Origin: Candidatus Methanoplasma sp.
GTDB lineage: Archaea > Thermoplasmatota > Thermoplasmata > Methanomassiliicoccales > Methanomethylophilaceae
Length of the DNA: 64,000 nt
Assembly (NCBI GenBank): GCA_031256955.1
Contig: JAIRPP010000008.1
Location: forward strand, 161,472 to 225,471
Direction: 5' to 3'
A program made the translations under genes and the position numbers. The notes under the pieces are model-generated. The model searched no databases and was not told where the DNA came from. It was given only the letters and a program-made list of their open reading frames with translations. Below are positions 10,009-20,495 of the stretch, one piece after another (positions within the stretch are counted from its first letter, which is position 1; each line of letters opens with the position of its first letter).

Positions 10009-10541
10009 GGTCTCCCGCCGCCTATGCGCGCCACCGCCTCTGCGGGGGCCTGGGCCTCCGCGGGCTCCGGCTCGGGGGCGTCCTCTCCGAGCCAGCCGTC
10101 GAGCGCAGGCTCGTCGTCGTACCACTCTTCCGAAAGGTATCCGGGTTCCGGATCGGGCTCGGGGAGCGGATCCCCGCCCGCGACCGCGGGGGGCTCCCGC
10201 TCCGGCTCGGGGTCGTTCTCGTAGCGCACGGCGCGGCTCGGCTCCGCCGTGTAGTCTATGAGGTACCCGCCGTGGAGGTCGTCGGGGACGTTGTACGAAT
10301 CCGCCCTTATCGCGTCCAGCCTGTTGTGCTCCTCGACCTCCCTGTCCACCCTGGCCCCTTCGATGCCGACGAATATGAGCGATTCGAGGATCAGGATCGC
10401 GCCTATGCCCAGGACGACCAGGCTCGCCGCCTCCCCCAGGCCCATGGGTAGCGCCCCGACGTAAGAAGCCGCGCCGATCGCCGCGGCCAGCATGCCCGCC
10501 GCGTCCGCGGCCAGCCATATCCTCCTCTCTGCCCTGCCCAT
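10005..10541 (-). CDS. Hypothetical membrane protein (2 TM helices, acidic Pro-rich tail)
   Basis: Two hydrophobic segments then an E/P-rich tail; coupled to the HD gene. Confidence 0.7.
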   Translation of the reverse strand: MGRAERRIWLAADAAGMLAAAIGAASYVGALPMGLGEAASLVVLGIGAILILESLIFVGIEGARVDREVEEHNRLDAIRADSYNVPDDLHGGYLIDYTAEPSRAVRYENDPEPEREPPAVAGGDPLPEPDPEPGYLSEEWYDDEPALDGWLGEDAPEPEPAEAQAPAEAVARIGGGRP

Positions 10542-10627
10542 GCCCGGCGCTATGGGCTACGCATTTAATAATGGTAGCGAGCCGCCGCCCGGGCAAACAA
10601 TATAACGAAGCTGGGCTATGACCCGGC

Positions 10628-11755
10628 ATGAAGGCATCCCGCCGCCTGGATTCCATACCCGTATCGGGCATAAGGAAGATGTTCGACCTAGCCCGCCCCG
10701 ACTCGATCAACCTGGGCCTGGGTGAGCCGGACCTGGCCCCGCCGCGGGAGGCCGTGGAGGGCATGGCCAGGGCGGCGATGGAGGGCAGGAACAGGTACGG
10801 CCCCACCGCGGGGTCGCCCGCCCTCAGGGAGGCGGTGGCCGAGGCGTTCTCCCGCTTCGGCGACCTGCGCCCGGGGAACGTCATGATAACCCCCAGCGGG
10901 TCGTCCGCCCTGATGGAGATCGCGCAGGCGTTCATAGACGAGGGCGACGAGGCGCTGGTGCCGGACCCGGGATTCGTGATGTACGACCCGCTGGCCAGGC
11001 TGGCGGGCGGCAGGCCCGTCGGATACCGCCTGGACGGGGGATTCCAGCCGGACATAGAGGACATAAAGTCCAAGATGACCGACAAGACGAAGATCATCGT
11101 GGTCAACAGCCCGTCCAACCCGACCGGCGGGGTCCTGGGGGAGGAGGCCTACGGCGCGCTGTGCGACATAGCCGCGGACAGCGGGGCGACGATCGTCTCC
11201 GACGAGGTCTACTTCTGCTACGTCTACGAGGGGAGGCACAGGTCTTTCATGTCCAAGCTAGACAGGGCCGTCGTCGTGAACAGCTTCTCCAAGATGATGG
11301 CGGTCACGGGGTGGAGGCTGGGGTTCGTCTGCGCGGACGAGGCGCTCATGCCCGACCTGGTCAAGATGCAGTATCACATGTGCGCCAGCGTCAACATGCC
11401 GTCCGAATACGGCGTCCTGAGCGCGCTCCCCGGGATAGACGGGTACCTGGAAGAGGCCCGCGGGATCTTCAGGAAGAGGAGGGACCTGATATCCGCGAGG
11501 ATAGCGGAGATCAAGGGGATGGAGATGGACCCCCCGAAGGGCGCGTTCTACGCGTTCCCCTCGTTCGACATGGACGTGACGTCCGTCGAGCTGGCGGGGG
11601 AGCTTCTCAAGAACGGGCTCGTGTGCACCCCCGGGACCGCATTCGGGAGCCGGGGGGAGGGTCACCTCAGGTTCTCCTACGCGGCGGACGAGGACAAGAT
11701 CAACGCGGGCATGGACATATTGGAAGCTACGGTCAAGAAGATCAGGAGAGGATGA
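10628..11755 (+). CDS. Class I/II PLP-dependent aminotransferase (aspartate aminotransferase-like)
   Basis: INLGLGEPD, NSPSNPTG, SDEVY, NSFSKMMAVTGWRLG. Confidence 0.93.
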   Translation: MKASRRLDSIPVSGIRKMFDLARPDSINLGLGEPDLAPPREAVEGMARAAMEGRNRYGPTAGSPALREAVAEAFSRFGDLRPGNVMITPSGSSALMEIAQAFIDEGDEALVPDPGFVMYDPLARLAGGRPVGYRLDGGFQPDIEDIKSKMTDKTKIIVVNSPSNPTGGVLGEEAYGALCDIAADSGATIVSDEVYFCYVYEGRHRSFMSKLDRAVVVNSFSKMMAVTGWRLGFVCADEALMPDLVKMQYHMCASVNMPSEYGVLSALPGIDGYLEEARGIFRKRRDLISARIAEIKGMEMDPPKGAFYAFPSFDMDVTSVELAGELLKNGLVCTPGTAFGSRGEGHLRFSYAADEDKINAGMDILEATVKKIRRG

Positions 11756-12276
11756 TGATGGAAAAAGACGGCGACCCCAACGCGGGCCTGTTCGGGCGGG
11801 ACGAGCCTGAGATCTCCGAGGAGGAGTTCGCGTCCAAGCAGATATACGAGAAGAACCCGAAGAGGGCGTCTGCGCTGGCGGACCTCTGCTATGCGGACCT
11901 GGAGTCCGCCCTGGGCGGCATGGACCTCGACGAGGAGGCCAAGCGCAGGATGCTGTTCGCCATGACGGTCAACGGCGTCCTGGACCTGATCGCCGACTCC
12001 CTCGACGCGGAAACGGCCATGGAGGTCTCGTACTGCCTGGACATGTACATGGGCGTGTCCCTGGCGAACAAAAGGTTCAGCGTGGACCTCTTCAAGGAGC
12101 ACGGCAAGGCCCTGGCGGGGATCAGGCCGTCCGACTTCGACGACGAGGAGGTCTATCTCAAGACGCTCGCGGAGGCGGAGGAGCGGTGGTGGGAGATGCC
12201 CCAGCCGCGCCTGGACAAGCGCACGCCCAACGAGGCGATACGCGAGACCCTTAGCAGGTACGGGCTGACGGAATGA
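11752..12276 (+). CDS. Hypothetical acidic protein
   Basis: Fills the gap between the aminotransferase and mvk with ATGA overlaps on both sides. Confidence 0.75.
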   Translation: MMMEKDGDPNAGLFGRDEPEISEEEFASKQIYEKNPKRASALADLCYADLESALGGMDLDEEAKRRMLFAMTVNGVLDLIADSLDAETAMEVSYCLDMYMGVSLANKRFSVDLFKEHGKALAGIRPSDFDDEEVYLKTLAEAEERWWEMPQPRLDKRTPNEAIRETLSRYGLTE

Positions 12277-13211
12277 CCGAATATTCGGCATCCGCCCCCG
12301 GGAAGTTCGTCATCCTGGGGGAGCACGCCGTGGTCTACGGGAAGCCCGCCATAGCGCTGGCGATAGACCGCCGCATATCCGTCTCCGTCAGGCGGTGCGG
12401 GGACCTGCGCGTCAACGGGGAGGCGGCGGACCCCGGGTCCAACCCGCACATGAAGCACATCCTGGACAGGCACGGCATGGCGGGCGCCGCCGTACGCACG
12501 GACAGCAGGATACCCCCGGGATCCGGCCTGGGATCGTCCGCGGCCCTGTCCGCCGCGTTCTCGTCCGCGGTGCGCGGGCTGAACGGCATGTCGCAGGACC
12601 CGTCCGAGATCGCGAGGGAGGCCTTCGAGGCGGAGCATTACGCCCAGGGGCGCGGCAGCCCCATGGACACGTCCGCATCGGTCCACGGGAAGGGCGTCGC
12701 CCTGAACATCCCGGGCGGGGACGCCCTCTGGGACATAGACAGGGACGGGCGCTCCTGGAGGGTCACCGGGATAGAGGCCCCCGAGATGACGTTCGTCGTC
12801 GGATACACCGGCATAAGGGCCGCGACGGGCCCGATGGTGGAGAGGGTCCGCAGGTACAAGGAGGGCAACGGCTTCGCCGCCGACGTGATCGACGAGATCG
12901 GGAGCCTGACCCTCGACGGGATGAGCCGCGTCCTCAAGAACGACGTGGCCGGCCTCGGGCCCCTCATGACCAGGAACCACCGGCTGCTGGCCATCCTAGG
13001 GGTCTCGTGCAGGGAGCTGGACAAGCTGGTGGAGGCGTCCCTGCCCCACTCCTACGGGGCGAAGCTCACCGGCTCCGGCGGGGGCGGGAGCATGGTCGCC
13101 CTGACGGACGATCCAGAGGGCGTCTGCCGCGCCATATCCGCCAGGGGCGGGGCCCCGTTCGTGGTGAGGACGGGCGAGCGCGGCGTCTCCGCCGGCCCGC
13201 CGGTCAGATGA
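12273..13211 (+). CDS. mvk: Mevalonate kinase
   Basis: APGKFVILGEHAVVYGKPAIA, PPGSGLGSSAA, GAKLTGSGGGG GHMP motifs. Confidence 0.92.
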   Translation: MTEYSASAPGKFVILGEHAVVYGKPAIALAIDRRISVSVRRCGDLRVNGEAADPGSNPHMKHILDRHGMAGAAVRTDSRIPPGSGLGSSAALSAAFSSAVRGLNGMSQDPSEIAREAFEAEHYAQGRGSPMDTSASVHGKGVALNIPGGDALWDIDRDGRSWRVTGIEAPEMTFVVGYTGIRAATGPMVERVRRYKEGNGFAADVIDEIGSLTLDGMSRVLKNDVAGLGPLMTRNHRLLAILGVSCRELDKLVEASLPHSYGAKLTGSGGGGSMVALTDDPEGVCRAISARGGAPFVVRTGERGVSAGPPVR

Positions 13212-14394
13212 GGTGTTCGAAGCCCTCGACCACTTTCGGGAACTTCTCCTTTATGACCTTCAGGAGGTTGTACACGTTGACCTCGCCTATGTCGGACCCG
13301 GATACCAGCTTCACGAGCTCGTCTATGGTCTCGTCGTCGAGCTCCGCGAGCCTCTCCTTGGCCATCCAGTTCCTGTAGAGCTTGTCCTCCATCCTGTCGC
13401 GCCACATCTTCTCATAGGGCATGAGCGCGGATTTGGAGAAGTCACCCTTCTTGGAGGCCTCCACGAGGACCTTGCCGGCGTACATGCCGGTCCTGCACGC
13501 GTGGCAGATGCCCCCGCCGGTCACGGGATCGATGATCCTCGCCGCGTCCCCGACGATCACGAGGTTGTCTGCCACGGCGCAGTCCAGGCCAGGGCATGTG
13601 GACACCATGCCCCCGACGACCTCCAGGCTCTGGGCCCTCTTGAAGCGGGGGTCGCTCGCTATGAACTTGTCCAGGTAGACCTTCGGGTCAGCGTTCTTGC
13701 AGCGCGTCCCCATGACCCCTATGCCCACGTTGGCGATCCCCTCGCCCTTGGGGAATATCCATAGGTATCCGCCGGGGGCTATGGAGCCGCCTATCACGAA
13801 CTCGCAGTACTCTGGATCGATGTCCAGGTTGACCATCCTGTACTGGATGCACGAGCATATGTCGTTCAGCTTCAAGCTCGTGTCCACGCCGGCCCATCTG
13901 GCCACCTGCGACTCGAACCCGTCCGCGGCGACGACGGCCTTGGCGCGGATCTCTATCTCCTCGCCCATGCTCTTGGCCTTCACGCCGGCGAGCCTCCCGT
14001 CCTCGATGATCACTCCGGTGGCGGACGTGCGCATGAGTATCTGCGCCCCAGCCTCCGCCGCCCGGCGGGCCAGGGCCTTGTCGAAGAGGTGCCTCTCCAG
14101 CACGTATCCCACCTCGGACCCCGCCTTGCTCTCGTCGAGCTTGAACGTGTGCCCGCTGGGGGACCGTATCACCGCGCCGACCATGTCCGCGCAGATCCAT
14201 GCGGGGTCCGGCTCTATGCCGACCTCCTGGAGCCACTTCTTGGACACGCCCTCGGCGCATCTCAGGGGCGCGCCGATCTCGGCCTTCTTCTCCAGCATGA
14301 TGGTCTTGAGGCCGCCCTCGGCGCAGTACCTCGCGGCCATGCTCCCGCCGGGGCCTCCCCCGACCACAACCACGTCGCACTCGTAGGCCTTCAC
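13204..14394 (-). CDS. Digeranylgeranylglycerophospholipid reductase (GGR)
   Basis: VVGGGPGG, RCAEG, ADGFES, PGGYLWIFPKG, VGDAA...PVTGGGI; GTG start overlaps the ferredoxin stop. Confidence 0.92.
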   Translation of the reverse strand: MKAYECDVVVVGGGPGGSMAARYCAEGGLKTIMLEKKAEIGAPLRCAEGVSKKWLQEVGIEPDPAWICADMVGAVIRSPSGHTFKLDESKAGSEVGYVLERHLFDKALARRAAEAGAQILMRTSATGVIIEDGRLAGVKAKSMGEEIEIRAKAVVAADGFESQVARWAGVDTSLKLNDICSCIQYRMVNLDIDPEYCEFVIGGSIAPGGYLWIFPKGEGIANVGIGVMGTRCKNADPKVYLDKFIASDPRFKRAQSLEVVGGMVSTCPGLDCAVADNLVIVGDAARIIDPVTGGGICHACRTGMYAGKVLVEASKKGDFSKSALMPYEKMWRDRMEDKLYRNWMAKERLAELDDETIDELVKLVSGSDIGEVNVYNLLKVIKEKFPKVVEGFEHLI

Positions 14395-14564
14395 GGCTTT
14401 CCCTCCAGGGCGAGCGCGTGCACGGGGCAGAGATTGACGCATCTCCCGCACCCGGTGCACCTGCTGTCGAACTCCAAAACGTAGTCATTGAGGAATATCG
14501 CGTTGAACGGGCACGACCCGACGCAACCTCCGCAATGCAGGCATCTGTCAACGTTGACTTTCAT
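14391..14564 (-). CDS. 2[4Fe-4S] ferredoxin (57 aa)
   Basis: Translated by hand: MKVNVDRCLHCGGCVGSCPFNAI...RCTGCGRCVNLCPVHAL; GGAGG SD; missing from the ORF track. Confidence 0.92.
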   Translation of the reverse strand: MKVNVDRCLHCGGCVGSCPFNAIFLNDYVLEFDSRCTGCGRCVNLCPVHALALEGKP

Positions 14565-14577
14565 GGAAACTGCCTCC

Positions 14578-16200
14578 TCAAGCCCTCTGGTCCTCGGGCA
14601 CTATGAGCGCGGCCTCTAGCTCGGCCGCCTCTTTCCTGTTCTTCTTCTTCCACTCGTCGAGCGGTATCGAGAACTCGCGCTCGACCTCCGCGCGGTATTC
14701 CGGCCCGCCGTTGTAGGCGCAGAACGGGATGACGCGGCAGTCCGGCGTGACGTAGTGGACGCCGCAGCGCCTCACCCTCTCGATGTCGTAATTGTGATGG
14801 TCCTGGAAATGCATCCCCCCGAAGAACATCATCTTCCAGGAGAAGCCAGCCAGGGTGTCCTTGGACTTGTCGCTCATGACGTCCCTTATCATGCGGACGA
14901 ACTTCCCCTTGCTGATCCCGCCAGGGAGGTTCTCCTCTATTATAGAGGCGTTCAGCAGCTTGAGCAGCTTGATCGCGTACAGCTTCTTGAACGTGGCGGA
15001 CATCGCCTTCGCGGATATCTCCATGAGGCCCTTGTGGAACCTGTCCACGTCGACGAACCTCGGGAACGGCACCGCCTTGCCGTCGGGGTCCATGAACACG
15101 TAGGTGGCGACCCCGCAGTGCGGGTGAGTGGTGAACGTGACCTTGTTCTCTCCCAGTATTATGGACGCGAAGTCGGATATCGGGGCCACCACCGGGACCG
15201 GGAACCAGTCGTCTCTAGACGCTATGCCCGTCTGCGATTCGAACTCCCTGACCAGGTCCGGCAGGGTGAACCTGCCCTTGCTGACCTCCTCGCGCTCCAC
15301 CCTCCCCGTGAACGCCACGGGCTGGAAGTTTATGCCCCTGACTATGTCGGAGTTGTCGAACGCGAACTTGACCATGTCCCCTATCTGATGGTCGTTGAGC
15401 CCCCTCACCAGGGTCGGGACCAGGACGATCGAGGGGCATCTGCCGCCCTCCTCCTTGAGCCTCCTGCAGTTGGCTATGACGTCCGTCTTGACCTTGAACA
15501 TCCTGCGGTCCCTCGCCTGCAGGTATATGTCGTCGCTGACGCCGTCGAAAGAAAGGTATATGGTGTTCATGCCCGCGTCGGACGCCGCCTTCAGGAGGTC
15601 GTACTTCTTCGCGAACTCTATCCCGTTCGTGGCCACCTGGACCTGCGCGAAGCCCCTGGCCTTCGCCGCCTTGACTATGTCCACGAACCTCGGGTGTATC
15701 GTGGGCTCCCCGCCGGAGAACTGCACGGCGGTGCATTTTATCGGCTCCTCCGCCCTGAGCGCGTCGAGCATCCTGCAGACGGTCTCGAAGTCGGGCTCGT
15801 ACACGTACCCCTGCTGGTTGGCGTTGGCGAAGCAGATCGGGCAGTTCATGTTGCACCTGTTCGTGAGGTCCACGTTGGCCAGGGCGGTGCACGTGAGCAT
15901 GTCCACCCTCTCCCCGCCGATGAGCACGTGGACGTTCTCGCCGTCCCTGAGCCTCTTGTCATAGGGGTTCCTCAGCCCCACGCCGTCGTGGGCGTACCTC
16001 TCGGCTTTCAGGAACATGTCCACATCCGACCAGTACACGTCGCAGAAGCTCCCGTGCTCGGGACAGGCCTTCTCCATGTACACCTTCCCGTCCCTCTCGA
16101 ACAGCTCGGCGTCGAGGACCTTCCCGCAGTCCGGGCACACCGAGCGCGTGCGTTTGGGAAGACCCTTTTCCACTGCATATTCCCGAATCGTCGAAGCCAT
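14578..16200 (-). CDS. tes: Radical SAM tetraether lipid synthase (Tes / GDGT-MAS family)
   Basis: N-terminal SVCPDC...CPEHG domain, CNMNCPICFAN radical SAM motif, HPHCG, RCGVHY...IPFCAYN. Confidence 0.88.
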   Translation of the reverse strand: MASTIREYAVEKGLPKRTRSVCPDCGKVLDAELFERDGKVYMEKACPEHGSFCDVYWSDVDMFLKAERYAHDGVGLRNPYDKRLRDGENVHVLIGGERVDMLTCTALANVDLTNRCNMNCPICFANANQQGYVYEPDFETVCRMLDALRAEEPIKCTAVQFSGGEPTIHPRFVDIVKAAKARGFAQVQVATNGIEFAKKYDLLKAASDAGMNTIYLSFDGVSDDIYLQARDRRMFKVKTDVIANCRRLKEEGGRCPSIVLVPTLVRGLNDHQIGDMVKFAFDNSDIVRGINFQPVAFTGRVEREEVSKGRFTLPDLVREFESQTGIASRDDWFPVPVVAPISDFASIILGENKVTFTTHPHCGVATYVFMDPDGKAVPFPRFVDVDRFHKGLMEISAKAMSATFKKLYAIKLLKLLNASIIEENLPGGISKGKFVRMIRDVMSDKSKDTLAGFSWKMMFFGGMHFQDHHNYDIERVRRCGVHYVTPDCRVIPFCAYNGGPEYRAEVEREFSIPLDEWKKKNRKEAAELEAALIVPEDQRA

Positions 16201-16364
16201 GATAACGAGCCGTAGATTTGCTGGCCGCTTATATAATGTTCGCTGCCTGCGCGGCGGGCGCGGCGCGCGGGGGCCCGAGGCGGATGCGTGGGACATGCCC
16301 GGGGGGGCTAATCGGCTAACTGTAGCCGCAGGCCTTTATCCGATGGCTCCGCGACGGGGGGCCC

Positions 16365-19300
16365 ATGTCTAGATCACAAGGGACCGGGAGGCTGCGCGGG
16401 TCCCGCGGCGGGCAGATGCCCTTCGCGGTCATCGCGGTGACCCTCCTGGTCATGGCTTCGGCGTACGGCGCGGTGTCGTCCCAGATCAGGGACGGGGAGA
16501 AGAGGGCGGAGAACATAGTCGAGGAGCTGGGCTCCATAGACAGGGCCATAGAGGGCTCGCGGGTGCTGGTGGAGAGGGGGCTGGGAGAGATAATATACGA
16601 GATCTCCGCCGACGAGGGCGGGGGGACCCTGGCGGAGAGGGGGGCGGAGTTCGAGAGGAGGGCCGGGGAGTGGATGTCGTCCGCGTTCCCCCGCACCGAC
16701 GCGGGCGTGAGGATCACCGTCAGCGGGTATTCGGCGGAGATGAGGGCGAAGCCCATGAGGCTCTCGGGATCGGACAGCGTGTCCGACGGCTTCTCCCCCG
16801 CGTACCTCAAGGCGGAGGGGCACTTCAGCGCGGCCTACGAATCGGAGACCGGGGTCTCGGAGAGGACCGTCGCCATATCCACCGACGGCAGCTGCGCCCT
16901 GCCCCTGGTGGCGGAGATGGGGTCGCTGTTCGAGGGCATGGCGTCCGGGGACGGGTCCGTGCTCGCGCAGTCCATGTCGTACCAGCTCACCGCGCTCGCC
17001 CAGTACAGGGTGCTGAACGGGTACGGGGCGCTTGCGGAGCGCGGGAGCATGGGCACCATGTCCATCCTGACGGCGGACGACGTCCTTGAGGCGTACCGCT
17101 CGTCCCTGGAGATGCTGGGGGCCCTGACCTTCAGGACCTCCGGCGACGGCGGATTGGCGGGGCGCGCGGGGGCGGACATGGCGGGCCTCCTGGCCTCGAG
17201 GGACGGGTACGCGGAGCTGGACCTCTCCGCCGCCTACGCCCAGGCGCTGGTCTCCATAGCGGACGACCTGGCCCTAAAATGGGCGGACTACTTCTACGGA
17301 GGCGTCGTCTGCGACGCCGCGGACAGGATCCTGGACGGCGTGTCCAACGCGCTGGACTCCCTCAGGGGGTTCCTGAAGGGGAGCAACGAGTTCTCCGCCG
17401 CGCCGTACATCGACCAGGCGATGAGGGACTCTGGGATGGACCAGTCGCGCTACAGGCACGCGATGAGCGGGAAGAGCTTCGCGGTGAGCGTGCCCGCGGG
17501 GAGGGTGGCGGTGACGGTCAACGGGGCGTCGCACGCGCTGGACGTGGAGGGGTTCTCCGTGAGCGTGCCGTACCCCGACGCGGACCTCATGTCGTGGGGC
17601 GCGATATCGAAGTTCAAGAGCGCGTACCGCGCGGAAACCAACGAGCTGAGGGAGTGGTTCAGGAGCGTCATCGCGAGCGCGGCCGCGGAGGTGGGCGCCT
17701 CCAAGGCCCTGGGCACCATGAGGTTCAGGGTCGACCCCTACGGAGGGGAGGCCTTCCTCGATTCGATGGCGCGGAGCGTGTCCGAGCACCTGAAAGGGGG
17801 GGACGCGGCGGTCGAGAGGATCATGACGTCCGCCATATCCTCGCAGACCATCATAGACCCGTTCTACGCCGCGATCTACGGGGTCGTGTCCCGCGACGCC
17901 TACGCGATCTACGGGGTCGACTCCTTCGAATCCAAGGTGCGCGAGTTCCTGAAAAGGGCGATATCCGACGAGCTCGACGCGAGGCACGGGACCGTGCTGG
18001 ACCCCTCCGCGGCGGCGGGGCTGGCGGAGGAGGCCATGAAGTCGCAGGCGGTCAGGGGCGCGCTGTCGGGGTACAGGGCGGAGATCGACGACATAGTCAG
18101 GGGGTTCGACGCGCTGAACAGGGTGCCGGGAGGCCAGAGCGGGATAATAAAAAAGGTGTGCGCCGCCGTCGTCCGCGGGGGCCTGGGCGCGATGGACCCG
18201 TTCGTGGACGTGCCCATGAGGATCTCCGGGCTGTGCGCCGAGGCGGCGGAGAACGCGCGGACCAACGCGTGGTACGGCGTGACTGAGCTCCCGGGCGACG
18301 ACGCCTTCCGCCTGGTCGGGGCGGGCGGCGAGCGCAGCGTCGAGAGGCTGAAGGTGACGTACGCGTCGGACCCCAGGGTCCGCGTGGGCGGGCCGAGGGA
18401 GAACGCGGGGGACAACGTGCACTACGTGGGGTTCAACGACAAGACGGGCGCGTCCTACAGCACCGCGTTCTCGGTCAGGCTGACGGACTCCCTGACGTAC
18501 GCGGCCGAGGGCTCCGGGGCCCTGGAGGAGGCCATGGGCACCCGCGACTCCGCGATGAGGGGGACGGTGGGCGTGGACCTCGATCTGAAGATAACGGTGG
18601 CGAGCGGGTGGGGGCTGGCGGGCGCGGGGCAGTACAGGGCCAGCAACACTTTCTTCAGCGACGCGTGGAACGTCCTGATAAAGCTGCTGGAGCCCGTGCT
18701 GGAGCCCCTGAGGAAGGTCGTGTCCATCATAATGGACGCGCTGTCCATTCTGGGATCCGCCATCATGGAGATCTCCAAGTACGTCGCCAAGATCGTGGAG
18801 AGGCTCTACTCCGCCATGATGGAGCCGCTGGAGTCCCTGGGCAGGTTCATAGAGGAGAAGCTCGGGAAGATCTTCGATCCGATCATGGAGAAGGCGGTGG
18901 AGAAGGTTCAGACGATAGTGGGGATAGACCTGTCGAAGCAGACCGTCGGGTTCTCGTTCATGGGGTTCACTGTGACCTTCACCACGAAGATGAACACGTG
19001 GGTCAACGAGACCAAGACGCTGCTGACCGTCGGCATAGGGTGCGTCTTCGACAAGGTGTCGGTCTCCGGGTCGCTCACCGTGAAGCAGAAGGGGGCCGGG
19101 TCCGGCAAAGAGCTGATGATGGCCGGGGACCTGGAGATAAAGGGCAGGGACTGGTCCGTGAAGGGCGCGCTGGATCCCGCGATGAAGTCGTCCAAGCACA
19201 TGCTGACCCTGTCCGGGGTGGCCAGGGGCGTGAAGTTCGACGCGGCGCTCCCCCACCTGGTCCAGTACAGGCAGACGGAGTTCACCCTCTGCGACGTCCC

Positions 19301-20453
19301 CGCGCTGGCCACGATACTGTCCAACATCCCCGTGCCCATCCCCGGCATGAAGGCGTCCATAGACGCGGGGGTCAGCCTGAAGTACAACGCGCCGTTCAAG
19401 ACGGGGCTGCTCATCAACGAGTTCGAATCCAACCCGCCCGGGCCCGATTCGGGGCGCGAGTGGGTGGAGCTGTACAACGCCACGCGCTCGCCCATAGACC
19501 TGGAGGGGTACGCCATATCCTCCGGGGTGGGGAAGAAGACGCACGTCATAACGGGGATGTCCATCTCGCCGGGGCAGAGGGTGGTCATAACGCTGCCGGG
19601 GTCGTTCCTGAACAACGAGGGCTCGGCGGCGTCCAAGTCGGGGGAGTACGTGACGCTGAAGGACCCGAGCGGGGAAGTCGTCGACAAGACCCCCGCCAAG
19701 AAGGACACCGCCAACGACGAGCGCAGCTGGCAGAGGGCGGCGGACGGCGCGACGGAGTGGGTGTTCGCACCCAGCACCCCCGGGACCGCGAACTGCGGGG
19801 GGCTGGTCGGGGGGGAGATGATCAGGGCGCAGGTCCTGAGCATATTGAAGGAGTCCGCGGTCAAGACCATGGGAAAATTCGGGTCGCTGAAGAGCATCCC
19901 GGACGTGTCGGAGTTCTTCAAGATCGCCATACAGGACGCCATATCGACCGCGATAGAGAGGCTGGCGGGGATGCTGGTGGAGGCCGCGATATTCATATCC
20001 ATAGACATAACCGACGCCACATCCACCGCGTGCGCGGGCATGAGGGCCGCCCTGTCCATCGATTCGGGCATGGTCGACGAGGGGCTGAAGTACCTGATCG
20101 GGGAGATAGAGGCGCTGCTGTTCAGCATGGAGAACCCGTACGGCCTGAAGCCGAAGGAGGTCCTGGCCGAGAACCTCCGCCTGGGGGTGACGGTGTATGC
20201 GGGGATGACCTCGCCGAAGTTCCTGAAGAGCCTGGAATCCCATCCGAAGGCGAAGATCGGGGTCCGCGTGGATTCGAACGTCGCGGGGCTGACGAGGCTG
20301 GCCGGGAAGGACACCGGCAAGTGGGAGGTCGAGGCGGGGGTGCTGATCATGGGCTGCCCCGCGGCGGCGATACCGCCCATGTTCAAGGCGGACAAGACGC
20401 TGGAATCGGACCTGTGGCTGCTGAGGATGACCTTCTCGGAGGCCAGGAAGTGA
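16365..20453 (+). CDS. Large membrane-anchored protein with lamin-tail domain
   Basis: Pilin-like N-terminus SRGGQMPFAVIAVTLLV; LINEFESNPPG...EWVELYN...IDLEGY...LNNEG...TPGTAN lamin-tail signature. Confidence 0.8.
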   Translation: MSRSQGTGRLRGSRGGQMPFAVIAVTLLVMASAYGAVSSQIRDGEKRAENIVEELGSIDRAIEGSRVLVERGLGEIIYEISADEGGGTLAERGAEFERRAGEWMSSAFPRTDAGVRITVSGYSAEMRAKPMRLSGSDSVSDGFSPAYLKAEGHFSAAYESETGVSERTVAISTDGSCALPLVAEMGSLFEGMASGDGSVLAQSMSYQLTALAQYRVLNGYGALAERGSMGTMSILTADDVLEAYRSSLEMLGALTFRTSGDGGLAGRAGADMAGLLASRDGYAELDLSAAYAQALVSIADDLALKWADYFYGGVVCDAADRILDGVSNALDSLRGFLKGSNEFSAAPYIDQAMRDSGMDQSRYRHAMSGKSFAVSVPAGRVAVTVNGASHALDVEGFSVSVPYPDADLMSWGAISKFKSAYRAETNELREWFRSVIASAAAEVGASKALGTMRFRVDPYGGEAFLDSMARSVSEHLKGGDAAVERIMTSAISSQTIIDPFYAAIYGVVSRDAYAIYGVDSFESKVREFLKRAISDELDARHGTVLDPSAAAGLAEEAMKSQAVRGALSGYRAEIDDIVRGFDALNRVPGGQSGIIKKVCAAVVRGGLGAMDPFVDVPMRISGLCAEAAENARTNAWYGVTELPGDDAFRLVGAGGERSVERLKVTYASDPRVRVGGPRENAGDNVHYVGFNDKTGASYSTAFSVRLTDSLTYAAEGSGALEEAMGTRDSAMRGTVGVDLDLKITVASGWGLAGAGQYRASNTFFSDAWNVLIKLLEPVLEPLRKVVSIIMDALSILGSAIMEISKYVAKIVERLYSAMMEPLESLGRFIEEKLGKIFDPIMEKAVEKVQTIVGIDLSKQTVGFSFMGFTVTFTTKMNTWVNETKTLLTVGIGCVFDKVSVSGSLTVKQKGAGSGKELMMAGDLEIKGRDWSVKGALDPAMKSSKHMLTLSGVARGVKFDAALPHLVQYRQTEFTLCDVPALATILSNIPVPIPGMKASIDAGVSLKYNAPFKTGLLINEFESNPPGPDSGREWVELYNATRSPIDLEGYAISSGVGKKTHVITGMSISPGQRVVITLPGSFLNNEGSAASKSGEYVTLKDPSGEVVDKTPAKKDTANDERSWQRAADGATEWVFAPSTPGTANCGGLVGGEMIRAQVLSILKESAVKTMGKFGSLKSIPDVSEFFKIAIQDAISTAIERLAGMLVEAAIFISIDITDATSTACAGMRAALSIDSGMVDEGLKYLIGEIEALLFSMENPYGLKPKEVLAENLRLGVTVYAGMTSPKFLKSLESHPKAKIGVRVDSNVAGLTRLAGKDTGKWEVEAGVLIMGCPAAAIPPMFKADKTLESDLWLLRMTFSEARK

Positions 20454-20495
20454 CTGGGCGGGCCTCCCGGGGCATCCCGGCCCTGGGGGGCGCCG

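Noticed and set aside
8863-11118. 751-aa ORF and other long Arg/Gly/Pro-rich or antisense ORFs (e.g. 17274..20243, 50025..52733, 27788..29755)
   Set aside because: Shadow frames of GC-rich genes with recognisable products in another frame; only 8863..10008 of the 751-aa ORF is real.
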